From Acidimicrobiia bacterium (GTDB taxonomy: Bacteria > Actinomycetota > Acidimicrobiia > IMCC26256 > PALSA-610): DNA of 64,000 nt. Numbering within the stretch: the first letter of the stretch is position 1; every line of letters begins with the position of its first letter. The stretch lies in NCBI GenBank assembly GCA_038213435.1, contig JBBQTI010000003.1, positions 77,269 to 141,268 on the forward strand, in the 5' to 3' direction. Position numbers and translations under genes: made by a program. This document shows positions 26,150 through 35,135 of the stretch, piece after piece. Below the pieces are notes generated by a model. It did not search any database and was not told where the DNA came from. It saw only the letters and a list, made by a program, of their open reading frames with translations.

Positions 26150-27007
26150 TCATGCTCGTGTGGCCTGGATGGTCCATGCCGCCGACTGGTAGATGACGCC
26201 TCGGTCGGTCTCGTGGGCGGTCATGGTGGAGCGCAATGCGTCCAGCGCGCGGGCGCGGCCGGTGTCCTCGAGTCCGTCGAGCATCCAGCCCAGGAGGCCG
26301 AGTACGAATCGGTATGCGTCGTTCGCATCGGTGCCGAACCACATGCCTGCGCTCGTTCCGGCGAGCTCGATGTCGGCGAACCCGGCGGCGTCCAGGATCG
26401 TGCGCACACGGTCGGGGTCGGCGAGCGAGAACGGTCCGGGCGCGTCGGGCGGAGGTACCGGAACGTCGCGGCCCGCGGCAAGGGCGCCGGAGAACTCGCG
26501 GATCCATTCATTCTGGGGCAGCGGCTGCCACGTCAACAGCGCCAGTCGCCCAGCCGGCCGCAGGGCGCGGGCGATGTTGGTGAAGGCAGCGACGAGATCG
26601 CTGAAGAACATCGCGCCAGTTCGGCTGATGGCGACGTCGTACGCCTTGGCCTCGAAGGGGTGGACTTGCGCGTCGACCTGCTCGAAGGAAACATTGCCCA
26701 CGCCCTCAGCCGCGGCGCGGCGGCGTGCGTGCTCCAGCATCCGGGACGACAGGTCCACACCCAGGGCCGAGCCGGTGGCGGCGGCCCGGGCCGCGTCTCG
26801 AGTGGTTTGGCCGGTGCCACAGCCGACGTCGAGCACCCGATCGTCCGGGCCGATGGTCGCGGCGTCGAGCAAAAGGTGGTGGTATGCCGCCACGCTCCGG
26901 TCGAGGTGGTCGGCATGCGCGGCCCAATACGCACCCTCCTCGCCGTCCCAAGCCCGGAACTGCTCAGCATTGGAAGGGGCGACGAGCACGGAACGGGTAG
27001 CGGCCAC
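26150..27007 (-). CDS. class I SAM-dependent methyltransferase
   Basis: GTG 27007 preceded by AAGGAGG (27014-27020), inside track ORF 26150..27094. VLDVGCGTGQ, plus ARALRPAGRLAL further downstream. Confidence 0.85.
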   Translation of the reverse strand: MAATRSVLVAPSNAEQFRAWDGEEGAYWAAHADHLDRSVAAYHHLLLDAATIGPDDRVLDVGCGTGQTTRDAARAAATGSALGVDLSSRMLEHARRRAAAEGVGNVSFEQVDAQVHPFEAKAYDVAISRTGAMFFSDLVAAFTNIARALRPAGRLALLTWQPLPQNEWIREFSGALAAGRDVPVPPPDAPGPFSLADPDRVRTILDAAGFADIELAGTSAGMWFGTDANDAYRFVLGLLGWMLDGLEDTGRARALDALRSTMTAHETDRGVIYQSAAWTIQATRA

Positions 27008-27028
27008 ACCGACCTCCTTGGGATAATG

Positions 27029-27061
27029 TCCCTTTGGGAGAAAACTATTGTCCCAAAGGGA
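27029..27061. promoter_or_regulatory. perfect 11-bp inverted repeat TCCCTTTGGGA-N11-TCCCAAAGGGA; candidate PadR operator
   Basis: Read directly. It lies in the 59-bp divergent gap between the methyltransferase (start 27007) and the PadR gene (start 27067). The right arm overlaps the PadR Shine-Dalgarno (AAAGGGAG). Confidence 0.5.
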
Positions 27062-27066
27062 GAACC

Positions 27067-27738
27067 ATGTCAAGCCCTCCTGGCATGACCACAACGTCCT
27101 ACGCGATCCTCGGCCTCCTCGCGGTCAAGCCCTGGACCACCCACGAGCTGGTTCGGCAAGTGGACCGCAGCCTGCGCCGGATGTGGCCCCGCGCGCAGAG
27201 CAAGCTCTACGAGGAGCCCAAGAAGCTCGTCGCTCACGGATTCGCCCGAGCGACCGATGACTCGGTCGGCCGCCGGCGCCGCACCCGCTACACGATCACG
27301 GCCAAGGGCCGGCGAGCCCTCGCCGCATGGGTGCAGGCGCCGGGCAACGGGCCCGTCCTCGAGTTTGAGCAGCTGGTGAAGATCAGCTTCGCCGACAGCG
27401 GCACAAAGGCCGACATCCTCACCAACCTCGAGGCGACGCGTTCGTGGGTGCTGGCGGAGAACGAGGAGAACCTCGCAACCGCCCGCGCGTACCTCGAGGG
27501 CCGAAGTGCGTTCCCGCATCGGGCGGCCCTCAATCAGCTGGCCGGAAGGTTCCTCACCGACTTCTACGTCACCGTCGCGTCGTGGCTGGAATGGGCGTCG
27601 CAAATCGTGCAGGAGTGGCCCGACGACGTGAACGACGCCCCATTCGATGTTGCCGCCGCCGAGGAAGGCGTCCGGCTGGCGGCGAGCATCCCCGGCGCAC
27701 TCCGCGCGAACGTCGGGACGCGTTCAGAGAGGCAATGA
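27067..27738 (+). CDS. PadR family transcriptional regulator
   Basis: ATG 27067 inside track ORF 27034..27738. SYAILGLLAVKPWTTHELVRQV...YEEPKKLVAHGFA...YTITAKGRRAL (winged HTH of PadR type) plus a long C-terminal domain. Confidence 0.85.
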   Translation: MSSPPGMTTTSYAILGLLAVKPWTTHELVRQVDRSLRRMWPRAQSKLYEEPKKLVAHGFARATDDSVGRRRRTRYTITAKGRRALAAWVQAPGNGPVLEFEQLVKISFADSGTKADILTNLEATRSWVLAENEENLATARAYLEGRSAFPHRAALNQLAGRFLTDFYVTVASWLEWASQIVQEWPDDVNDAPFDVAAAEEGVRLAASIPGALRANVGTRSERQ

Positions 27739-27766
27739 CTACGTCCTTCGGTGGCACGTGACGTCG

Positions 27767-28160
27767 CTACAGCAGATCGGAGAGCGCGGATCCGTTGTTC
27801 GCGAAGTCGATCGGGTCGCCGCGCGAGTTGAGCGGTTCGAACGTCGCGAATCGCTCGTGATCGTCGCCGCGAAGCCATTGCTCACCCGCGCTGGTCCGTT
27901 CCCCGCCTGCGAGTAGTGGTCGGTCATGCGGACAGGGAACGTTCCTGGAAATGCGGCCGTGGTCGAGACGCGGTAATTGTTGCTGTAGTCGAACACGTAC
28001 ACGTTGCCACCCTGATCAGTAGCTTCAGACGAGATGACGAAGCTCACTGAAGAGGTGTGACCGACGCCCCGTTCGCCGCGGCCGCGGTCCCGACCGTGGC
28101 CATACCGACCAACAACGTGCCGGCGCCAACAAGCGCGACGAACAGTCGGATCCTTCGCAT
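27767..28160 (-). pseudogene. small secreted protein disrupted by two frameshifts
   Basis: GGAGG + ATG 28160 opens MRRIRLFVALVGAGTLLVGMATVGTAAAANGASVTPLQ* (a classic signal peptide, stopping after 38 codons). A second frame continues SSVSFVISSEATDQGGNVYVFDYSNNYRVSTTAAFPGTFPVRMTDHYSQAGNG. A third frame ends EQWLRGDDHERFATFEPLNSRGDPIDFANNGSALSDLL* (stop 27767-27769). Confidence 0.6.
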
Positions 28161-28645
28161 CAGTGCCTCCGATCCGCGACGGTTCCCTCATCACCTCAGC
28201 GCCTGTCATGAATCAATTCTCATTCAGCTCGACGACCCTGATCAACGGGGACTTTGCCCGTTCGCTCGGTTCGCCGACACGCGACAACGCCTCCCGGCCG
28301 GGCGGGGCGTCGGGAGGCGTCGTCGCTCAAAAGGAGCACTTCCCTGGGCACAGGAGAGTGCGTCCGAGTCGGAGTTCAGCCTCGGCGCCTCCGGCGCGTC
28401 AATGGATGATCCGTTGCTATCGGCTCAACGGACGCATTCCTCGGGCGGACGTGTCGACGACGGTTGGGTTACGCCAACGGTGCGTCGGGATCGTGGCGTA
28501 TTACGCGGGCGAGGCGCGCATCCAAGGTGCGCGCGGCTGAACCGGTGAGTAGAAAGGTCACACCATGACCTCGGAGTCGGCCATCGGATCGGTTCTGTGC
28601 CGGCGGCCCGAGACGCGATCTCGCTTCGGGGCGTAGGTACGAACC

Positions 28646-29938
28646 GTGGGGCGCTTCTTGTTCGTCGGCGGAGATGCCGGCGGCGACGTCCCCCCGGTGT
28701 TGGCCGTCGTCGCCGAGCTCGCGAGCCGGGGTCACGATGTCGACTACCTGCCGGTGCCCTGGATGCCCCGTCAGATCGGTGACGCCCGGCTGGCCGACTC
28801 GCTCCGGCAGCGAGCGCGGGCGGCTGGTGCTCGCCCGGTGTCGTACGACGCGTGGGAGCCAACGCCTCCGGGCGAGCACTCAACTCCGCCGCTCGCCGAG
28901 CTCGCCGCCTTCGACAACGTGTTGGCGTGGAGCTTCTACGCCGCGATGGCACCGTCGATCGCGCAGGCCGTCGAACATCTGCTCGCGATCGAGTCCTACG
29001 ACGCCGTCGCGATCGACATGGGGGCCACGTTGGCCGCTGCCGCCTGCGAGGCCCACGGCGTGCCGTACGTGATTCTGGTGCACACCATCCCGATCAGTCG
29101 GTGGTGGCCGGGGCGGCCATGCCCCGGTACGGGGCGGCGCCTGACGGGCGACCGAGTGGAGGACGAGCGTCTGAGCAATGTCATGGATGGGCTGATCGAT
29201 GCGACCTGGCTGGAAGGCTTCAATCGCGTGCGCAGCCAACTCGGGCTTCACGCGCTCGGCCGTGTCAGCGAGGTTGAAGACCGTGCTGCGGTCGTGCTCG
29301 TGATGACCGAAGCCGAGTTCGATCATGGCAGCCAAGGGGCGCCGGCGAACTACCGCTACGTCGGGTCGTGCGTCCCAGTCGACGAGTCCGACGACACCGC
29401 ACTGCAGGTTCTCGACGGGCTGGACGATGACCGGCCGGTCGTCGTCATGAGCCCGACGACGACCTCGCTCGCGACCGGGCAGATCCCGTTCATCCGCGCC
29501 AGCATCGAGGCGCTCGCCTCCCTGCCCGTATCGGGCGTCATCACCGTCGGGCGCTCGCTCGACCCGTCCCGATTCGCCGGCGCCGACAACGTCACGATCG
29601 CGGGGCACGTCCCTCACGGAGCCCTCCTTCGTCGAGCGTCGGTGATGATCACGCACTGCGGGCATGGCACCGTCATGACCGCCCTGCGGTTCGGCGTACC
29701 ACTCATCGGTCTGCCCGACTTCGCCGACCAACGCGACATCGCGGCACGGATCGCTGATCACGGCGTCGGAATCGTGTTGGAGAAACCGGCATCGACGCGC
29801 GACATTCGGCGCGCCGTCGAAACCATCCTCACGGACTCGACGTTTGCCGCCGCCGCGAGCCGGTTCGCGCTACTGCTCGCACAACACAACGGCCCACGAC
29901 ACGGCGCAGCCGAGCTCGAACGGGCGAGCGCTCGCTGA
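28646..29938 (+). CDS. GT1-family glycosyltransferase (MGT/Gtf-type, UDP/TDP-sugar dependent)
   Basis: 430 aa with a GTG start. N-terminus FVGGDAGGDVPPVLAVVAELASRGHDV resembles the GSRGDxEP type of Gtf enzymes. C-terminal donor-binding block HVPHGALLRRASVMITHCGHGTVMTAL..GVPLIGLP...DQ. Confidence 0.85.
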   Translation: MGRFLFVGGDAGGDVPPVLAVVAELASRGHDVDYLPVPWMPRQIGDARLADSLRQRARAAGARPVSYDAWEPTPPGEHSTPPLAELAAFDNVLAWSFYAAMAPSIAQAVEHLLAIESYDAVAIDMGATLAAAACEAHGVPYVILVHTIPISRWWPGRPCPGTGRRLTGDRVEDERLSNVMDGLIDATWLEGFNRVRSQLGLHALGRVSEVEDRAAVVLVMTEAEFDHGSQGAPANYRYVGSCVPVDESDDTALQVLDGLDDDRPVVVMSPTTTSLATGQIPFIRASIEALASLPVSGVITVGRSLDPSRFAGADNVTIAGHVPHGALLRRASVMITHCGHGTVMTALRFGVPLIGLPDFADQRDIAARIADHGVGIVLEKPASTRDIRRAVETILTDSTFAAAASRFALLLAQHNGPRHGAAELERASAR

Positions 29939-30029
29939 CGACTCGTACAGCGGTTCCTTCTCGAGGACGGCTCGTCAGCGGCTGGCGCGGGGCTTACGGT
30001 TGAGGGGTGCGGCCGGGGGTAGCGGGTCG

Positions 30030-33000
30030 GTGACGACCGAGCACGTGGCGGTGTTGTTCACCGACATGGTGGGTTCGACGGCGTTGGCGTCGGGTCTGGC
30101 ACCCGACGCCGCGGACGAGTTGCGGCGCGGTCACTTCTCGATCTTGCGCCAGGCGGTCGCCGAGACGGGCGGCACCGAGGTCAAGAACCTCGGTGACGGG
30201 GTCATGGTGGTCTTCACCTCGACGTCGGCAGCGTTGTCGTGCGCGGTCGGAATGCAACAGGGCATCGAACGCGACAACCGTAGCCGTGAATACGCAGTCG
30301 GTTTACGGGTCGGGTTGAGCGTGGGTGAAGTCAGCCACGAGGACGACGACTACTTCGGCGACCCGGTGATCGAGGCCGCTCGACTGTGCGCGTCGTGCGA
30401 GGGCGGGCAGATCTTGGCGGCGGATGTGGTGCGGTTGATGGCCGGTCGGCGCACCCGACACGAGTGCCGCCCGGTGGGGCCGTTGGTGTTGAAGGGACTG
30501 CCCGATCCGGTGGAGACCGTCGAGGTGCGCTGGGAACCACTCAGTGGGACGGCCACGAACGCGGTGCCGTTGCCCGGCCGACTGACCTTGCGTCCCCCGG
30601 CGGGTGTGGTCGGCCGCGAAGCCGGGATGGCAACGATCGCGTACGCGTTCAAGCGCGTCGCCGGTGGCGAAGGACGCGAGATCCTGCTCATCTCGGGTGA
30701 GGCCGGTCTGGGCAAGACCACCCTCGCCGCCGAAGCGGCCCGGGCTGCGTTCGACGCCGGGGCGTGTGTGTTGTTCGGTCATTGCGAAGAGGAACTCGCC
30801 ACTCCGTACCAACTCTTCGCCGAAGCGCTTGGCCACTACGTCACTCACGCGACCGAAGACCAGCTCGTCGCGCATGTGAATGCCCACGGGTCTGAGCTGG
30901 TCGGGTTGGTGCCGGCATTGGCGAGCAGGATGCCGGGTCTTGCGCCGTCGAAAGCGACCGATGCTGACACGGAGCGTTACCTGCTGTTCGCGGCGGTGGT
31001 GGGTTTGTTGGCGATGGTGTCGCAACACCAACCGGTCCTGCTCGTATTGGACGACTTGCAGTGGGCCGACAAGGCGAGCTTGCAGCTGTTGCGTCACTTG
31101 ATCGCTGCCGATGTACCGATGCGCGTCCTCGTATTGGGGACCTACCGCGACAACGAGCTCTCACACGCGCATCCGCTGCTCGAAACCTTGGCTGCGCTGC
31201 ATCGACAGCACCGCGTCGCGCGCATCGACCTGACCGGGCTCGACGACACGGGTGTGATCGCGCTGATGGAAGCCGGCGCCGGTCACACACTCAGTGACGC
31301 GGCTGTGGGCCTCGCCCGTGCCGTGTATCGCGAGACCGACGGCAACCCGTTCTTTGTGAGCGAGGTGCTGCGTCACCTCTCGGAAACGGGGGCGATCTAC
31401 CAGGACGCGAACGGCCGGTGGGTCGCAGAAGACTTCCTCGAACAGATGGCCCTCCCCGACAGCGTGCGCGAGGTCATCGGCGCCCGAGTTGGGCGACTGG
31501 GACAAAACGCCGAGCGAGTGCTCTCCATCGCGGCGGTCATCGGTAGGGACTTCGACCTCGATCTCTTGGCCCGCGCGACCAACACCTCACAAGACGACAT
31601 CCTCGACATCCTCGAAGCCTCGGCGGCAGTGGCCCTGGTGCGCGAGATGGCCGATGCACAAGGGCGCTACAACTTCGCGCACGCGCTCATCCAACACACC
31701 TTGTATGAAGACCTTGGTCCCAACCGTCGGGCAAGGGCACATCGAGTCGTGGCCGAGGCGTTGGAGGACCTGTGCGGCGACCGGCCTGGGTCCCGAGTGG
31801 GCGAACTGGCCCGCCACTGGTTCAGTGCCACCCAACCGATCGACTTCGCCAAGGCGATCAACTACTCCCGCCAGGCCGCCGACGCCGCGCTCGCCGCGCT
31901 CGCCCCCGCCGACGCCCTCCGCTACTACGCCCAGGCCCTCGACCTCTCCGTCCGGACCGACAACGCCGACCCGATCGTCGGACTCGATCTGGCCATCGGC
32001 CTCGGCACAGCCCAACGCCAAACCGGGGACCCCGCCTTTCGCGGCACCCTCCTCGACGCCGCTCGCCGGGCCGCCGGCCTCGGCGACACGGACCGGCTCG
32101 TCGCCGCCGCACTCGCCAACAACCGTGGTTACTTCAGCAACGCCGGCGCCACAGACACCGACAAGGTCGAGATCCTGGAGATGGCCCTTTCACGCCTCCC
32201 CGACGGCCACCCCGACCGGGCACTCGTGCTCGCCACCCTCTGTTCGGAACTCACCTGGGGCAGCCCCTTAGACCGCCGCCGCAGCCTGGCCGACGAGGCC
32301 CTTGCCATCGCAGAATCCTGCGGTGACGACGCCACCATCGTTCGGGTCATCCACCATGTGCACGACGCACTCCGCGTGCCGGCACTGCTGGAACAGTCGC
32401 TGACCCTCTCGACCGAAGCGCTGGCTCGCGCCCAGCGTGTCGGCGATCCGGTCCTGCTGTTCCTCACGGCCCTCCACCGCGTCACGAACGCCGCCCGCGC
32501 CGGCAACATCGACGAGGCAGACCGCTGCCTCGAGATCGCCGGGTCCGTCGCCGCACACGTCGACCAGCCGACCCTGAAATGGAATGACAGACTCCTGCGC
32601 GCGTCGCGAGCGCTGATCGACGGGGACACGGACCAGGCGGACCAGCTGGCGACCGAGGCGTTCCAGTTCGGCGCCGACAGCGAGCCCGACGCCGTCGGCG
32701 TCCTCGGAATGCAGCGCATAGCCGTGAGCTTTCAGCGCGGAACCATGGGTGATCTCGTCTCACTCATCGAGCAGAACGCGGCCGAGAATCCCGGGATCCC
32801 CGCCTTCACTGCGGCGCTCGCCGTGGCCCACGCAGAGGCAGACCGCACCGAAGACGCGCGTCATCTGCTGTCCGCGTTCTCGGCAGCGGACTTCGATCTG
32901 CCCCTCGACCTGCTCTGGCTCAATGGAACTGTGTTCTACGCCGAGGCTGCCATCCAATGCCGAGACCCCAACTACGCCGCGCCGCTCTTCGAGCGGCTCG

Positions 33001-33329
33001 TCCCGTGGGCGGATCAGTTGTCGTTTGACGACGTCATGACTGAAGGCCCAGTCAGCCACTACCTTGGTGGCCTCGCCACCGTCCTCGGCCGTTACGACGA
33101 AGCAGACGTTTACTTCACGCAAGCCGCCGCGTTCAACGACCGAGCACACGCCAAGTTCTTCGCGGCCCGCACGAACCTCTCGTGGGCGAAGATGCTTGCC
33201 GAGCGCGGTGCTCCAGGCGACACCGAAACGGCTCGGGAACTTCTTACCAAAGCGCACACCGCCGCCGCGACCCACGGCTACGCAAACGTCGCACGCCGTG
33301 CGGCGAACGCACTGCAATCCCTCGACTGA
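30030..33329 (+). CDS. class III adenylate/guanylate cyclase domain + P-loop STAND/AAA ATPase + TPR repeats (about 1099 aa)
   Basis: GTG 30030 inside track ORF 29844..33329 (which overlaps the GT1 gene). Cyclase motifs VAVLFTDMVGST, KNLGDGVMVVF, GDPVIEAARL. Walker A ISGEAGLGKTTL and Walker B LLVLDDLQWAD. The long helical-repeat C-terminus has no recognisable HTH. Confidence 0.85.
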   Translation: MTTEHVAVLFTDMVGSTALASGLAPDAADELRRGHFSILRQAVAETGGTEVKNLGDGVMVVFTSTSAALSCAVGMQQGIERDNRSREYAVGLRVGLSVGEVSHEDDDYFGDPVIEAARLCASCEGGQILAADVVRLMAGRRTRHECRPVGPLVLKGLPDPVETVEVRWEPLSGTATNAVPLPGRLTLRPPAGVVGREAGMATIAYAFKRVAGGEGREILLISGEAGLGKTTLAAEAARAAFDAGACVLFGHCEEELATPYQLFAEALGHYVTHATEDQLVAHVNAHGSELVGLVPALASRMPGLAPSKATDADTERYLLFAAVVGLLAMVSQHQPVLLVLDDLQWADKASLQLLRHLIAADVPMRVLVLGTYRDNELSHAHPLLETLAALHRQHRVARIDLTGLDDTGVIALMEAGAGHTLSDAAVGLARAVYRETDGNPFFVSEVLRHLSETGAIYQDANGRWVAEDFLEQMALPDSVREVIGARVGRLGQNAERVLSIAAVIGRDFDLDLLARATNTSQDDILDILEASAAVALVREMADAQGRYNFAHALIQHTLYEDLGPNRRARAHRVVAEALEDLCGDRPGSRVGELARHWFSATQPIDFAKAINYSRQAADAALAALAPADALRYYAQALDLSVRTDNADPIVGLDLAIGLGTAQRQTGDPAFRGTLLDAARRAAGLGDTDRLVAAALANNRGYFSNAGATDTDKVEILEMALSRLPDGHPDRALVLATLCSELTWGSPLDRRRSLADEALAIAESCGDDATIVRVIHHVHDALRVPALLEQSLTLSTEALARAQRVGDPVLLFLTALHRVTNAARAGNIDEADRCLEIAGSVAAHVDQPTLKWNDRLLRASRALIDGDTDQADQLATEAFQFGADSEPDAVGVLGMQRIAVSFQRGTMGDLVSLIEQNAAENPGIPAFTAALAVAHAEADRTEDARHLLSAFSAADFDLPLDLLWLNGTVFYAEAAIQCRDPNYAAPLFERLVPWADQLSFDDVMTEGPVSHYLGGLATVLGRYDEADVYFTQAAAFNDRAHAKFFAARTNLSWAKMLAERGAPGDTETARELLTKAHTAAATHGYANVARRAANALQSLD

Positions 33330-33354
33330 ACCGGCTGTCCGTTACCCTTCGCGG

Positions 33355-34164
33355 ATGCGATTCGGTCGGTTTCTCGAAACTTCGCAGCGCGCCGTGGCGC
33401 GGCTCGGGCTCGGCGTGGCGGGGTTGGTGGCCCTGTTGGCTGGTGCCGTCGCGCTCGTCGGTTCGGGCACTGTCTTCGCAATCGCGACCGAAGACGTCAC
33501 CCAGCACAACGGTCTCGCGCTGCACGACGCCGCGGACCTCCGTTCGTTCACCGATCATCGACCGGCGCTGCTCGTGCACGTGGCGAGGGCGGCCACCGAC
33601 GCCGGCGCGGTTCCCGTCGTCGCGGTGCTGGGCCTGCTTGCGACGGTGTTGTTGTGGCGACGCGGATTGCGGCTCGTGTTGGCGTTGGCACCCGTCGGTT
33701 CACTCGCGGTCGCCGCAGTCGCAGTCTCGGCCACGAAGACCGTCGTCGGTCGAGCTCGGCCCCCGGTGGCGCTGCACCTCGTCTCCGAAGGTGACGCCTC
33801 CTTCCCGTCGGGACACGCCGCCGACAGCGCGGCGGTACTGCTCACTATCGCGTTCGTGGTCGCGGTGTTCGTGTTGCGACGACCGATCGCGCGGGCGCTC
33901 GTGGTGCTCGTCGCAGCTGCGATGACAGCATCGATCGGCGTGAGCCGACTCGTGCTCGGGGTGCACTGGCCGAGCGACGTACTCGCCGGTTGGGCGCTCG
34001 GCGTCACCGTGGCGTTAGCGGTCACGATCACGGCCGCAGTCGTCGCCCGTATCGCACGCCCGTCGGCGGACGCGCCGGACGGCCGCGTTCGCCGGCTGGT
34101 GTGGCGGTCCCGCGAGTGGCTGGCGCTCGAGCGGCGGCCGCATAGTGACCTACGCGCCGCGTAG
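33355..34164 (+). CDS. PAP2-superfamily phosphatase (membrane)
   Basis: ATG 33355 inside track ORF 33064..34164. KTVVGRARP, PSGHA, SRLVLGVHWPSD. Confidence 0.85.
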   Translation: MRFGRFLETSQRAVARLGLGVAGLVALLAGAVALVGSGTVFAIATEDVTQHNGLALHDAADLRSFTDHRPALLVHVARAATDAGAVPVVAVLGLLATVLLWRRGLRLVLALAPVGSLAVAAVAVSATKTVVGRARPPVALHLVSEGDASFPSGHAADSAAVLLTIAFVVAVFVLRRPIARALVVLVAAAMTASIGVSRLVLGVHWPSDVLAGWALGVTVALAVTITAAVVARIARPSADAPDGRVRRLVWRSREWLALERRPHSDLRAA

Positions 34165-34191
34165 CGCAAACCGTAAGGCACACTGTCGGCG

Positions 34192-34707
34192 ATGTCACCG
34201 ACGATCCGAGCACCGCGTTTGAAGGAGCTCGAACGGTTGCGCGAGATCGAACGCGCGGCGGGAGCGCTCTTCGCCGAGATCGGTTTCGCAGAGGTCGCGG
34301 GCGACGAGCCGGCGAGCGTCGAGGAGCTGGCCGAGTACGTGTTCGACGGACGGGCTTGGGTCGTCGCCGAGCACGACGCGCCCGTCGGCTACGCGGTCGT
34401 CGATATCGTCGACGGGCTCGCGCACCTCGAACAGCTCAGTGTCCTACCGACCCACGGACGAAAGGGCCTCGGCTCCGCGCTTCTCGCGCATATCTGCAGC
34501 TGGGCCGCCCAACGTCGGTTCGAAGCCGTGACCCTCACCACGTTCAGCGCCGTCCCTTGGAACGCGCCCTACTACGAGAAGAACGGCTTCCGCGTGATCG
34601 ACGACGCCGAGATCGGCCCCGAATTGCGCGACCTTCGCGCGCACGAAGCCGAACACGGGCTCGACCCGAGCCAGCGCGTCTGCATGCGCCGCGACGTCGA
34701 AGTCTGA
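34192..34707 (+). CDS. GNAT family N-acetyltransferase
   Basis: 171 aa. LEQLSVLPTHGRKGLGSALL, YYEKNGF. Confidence 0.85.
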   Translation: MSPTIRAPRLKELERLREIERAAGALFAEIGFAEVAGDEPASVEELAEYVFDGRAWVVAEHDAPVGYAVVDIVDGLAHLEQLSVLPTHGRKGLGSALLAHICSWAAQRRFEAVTLTTFSAVPWNAPYYEKNGFRVIDDAEIGPELRDLRAHEAEHGLDPSQRVCMRRDVEV

Positions 34708-34739
34708 AAGCGAACGGCCTGAAACGAACGGCTCGCGCG

Positions 34740-34777
34740 ACGGCGCTCACGCTTCCGCGTCGAAGCGTGAGCGCCGT
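34740..34777. terminator. 16-bp perfect stem / 6-nt loop hairpin between convergent genes
   Basis: acGGCGCTCACGCTTC cgcgtc GAAGCGTGAGCGCCgt, read directly. It sits between the GNAT stop (34707) and the P-II stop (34797). There is no clear U-tract, which is common in high-GC genomes. Confidence 0.5.
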
Positions 34778-34796
34778 GCGCGCGGTCAAGCGGGGA

Positions 34797-35135
34797 TCAG
34801 AGCGCGTCCTCTCCCGTCTCCCCGGTACGGATACGGACGGTTCGAGCGACTTCGGTGACCCAGATCTTCCCGTCACCGATCTTTCCGGTACGGGCCGCGT
34901 CGGCGATGACGTCGGTGATCTTTTCCGCCTGGCCGGCGTCGCACAGCACGTCGACCCTTACTTTCGGCAGGAAGTCGACGTTGTATTCCGAGCCTCGGTA
35001 GACCTCAGTGTGCCCGCGCTGGCGACCGAAGCCCTGCACGTCGGCAATTGTCATACCGGTGACGCCCGCGTCCTTCAGTGCCTCCGTCACTGCTTCGACG
35101 CGGTGCGCTTTGATGATGGCGGTGACGAGATGCAT
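34797..35135 (-). CDS. glnB: nitrogen regulatory protein P-II
   Basis: 112 aa. MHLVTAIIKAHRVEAVTEALKDAGVTGMT, T-loop GFGRQRGHTEVYRGSEY, KIGDGKIWV. GGAGG sits before the ATG. Confidence 0.9.
   Translation of the reverse strand: MHLVTAIIKAHRVEAVTEALKDAGVTGMTIADVQGFGRQRGHTEVYRGSEYNVDFLPKVRVDVLCDAGQAEKITDVIADAARTGKIGDGKIWVTEVARTVRIRTGETGEDAL

Noticed and set aside
28554-28625. 23-codon ORF (MTSESAIGSVLCRRPETRSRFGA) with an SD-like AGAAAGG upstream of the GT1 gene.
   Set aside because: It is too short and compositionally unremarkable to support from sequence alone. It is mentioned only within the intergenic-gap finding.
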